Part shown: in pieces, positions 63,675-64,000 of the stretch
Layout: every line of letters begins with the position of its first letter
How positions within the stretch are numbered: position 1 is the first letter of the stretch
Origin: Tubiluchus corallicola
Taxonomy: Eukaryota; Animalia; Priapulida
Direction of reading: 5' to 3'
NCBI GenBank assembly: GCA_030141605.1
Contig: JAQGDQ010000756.1
Span: 2,435-66,434, forward strand
Length of the DNA: 64,000 bases
Notes under the pieces: generated by a model
Told to the model about the DNA's origin: nothing
The model's database searches: none
What the model saw: the letters and a program-made list of their open reading frames with translations, nothing else
Made by a program: the position numbers and the translations under genes

Positions 63675-64000
63675 GAGAACTAAAAAACAACTATAAAACA
63701 AACTTTAGGCGTGGAAGGGCAAATATAGTTTTGCCTCTCGAGCTATTGTTTGAAATTCACAGTTTTGGTGACATCTGTCAATTCTCTTTTATTACTCCAG
63801 CAGACTAGATAAACAGGCAGATACAAACTAGCAAACGCCCACTGGACTTCGTTGACATTTTGCATCTTCCGTTTTTGATTTCCTGTGTTTCCCATGAGCA
63901 CGCAAATCAACAGAATTTTTGATTTCCTTTGTTTCCCACGAGGACGTAAATCAAGAGAATTTTTGTTTGTAGATTTGAACAGATTTGTCCGGTATACCGA

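Overview
AT-rich, repeat-dense eukaryotic DNA from an invertebrate animal; spliced genes, microsatellites, SINEs/LINEs and MITEs are present and no prokaryotic features were found. Two protein-coding genes are supported. (1) The 3' part of a spliced SPATA1-like gene on + (six exons, 1060-9982, phase-consistent GT-AG introns). (2) An uninterrupted 813-codon ORF (16927-19368, +) that fuses about 8-9 N-terminal ankyrin repeats to a cGAS/Mab-21-like nucleotidyltransferase with an intact GS...E-x-D...D catalytic signature. This ANK-cGLR candidate immune receptor is the most interesting element in the window. The remainder comprises at least 12 unrelated minisatellite/satellite arrays (16-153 bp units, some carrying CRE+CCAAT, CTCF-like or kB-like motifs), long microsatellites, several MITE families (Tigger-like, hAT-like, Kolobok-like, Helitron-like), two 5'-truncated LINEs with TSDs, two solo LTRs, and a 5S-rRNA-headed SINE with a bipartite RTE-derived body. 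Most other ORFs in the track are repeat artefacts. Family assignments come from recalled motifs, not from database searches.
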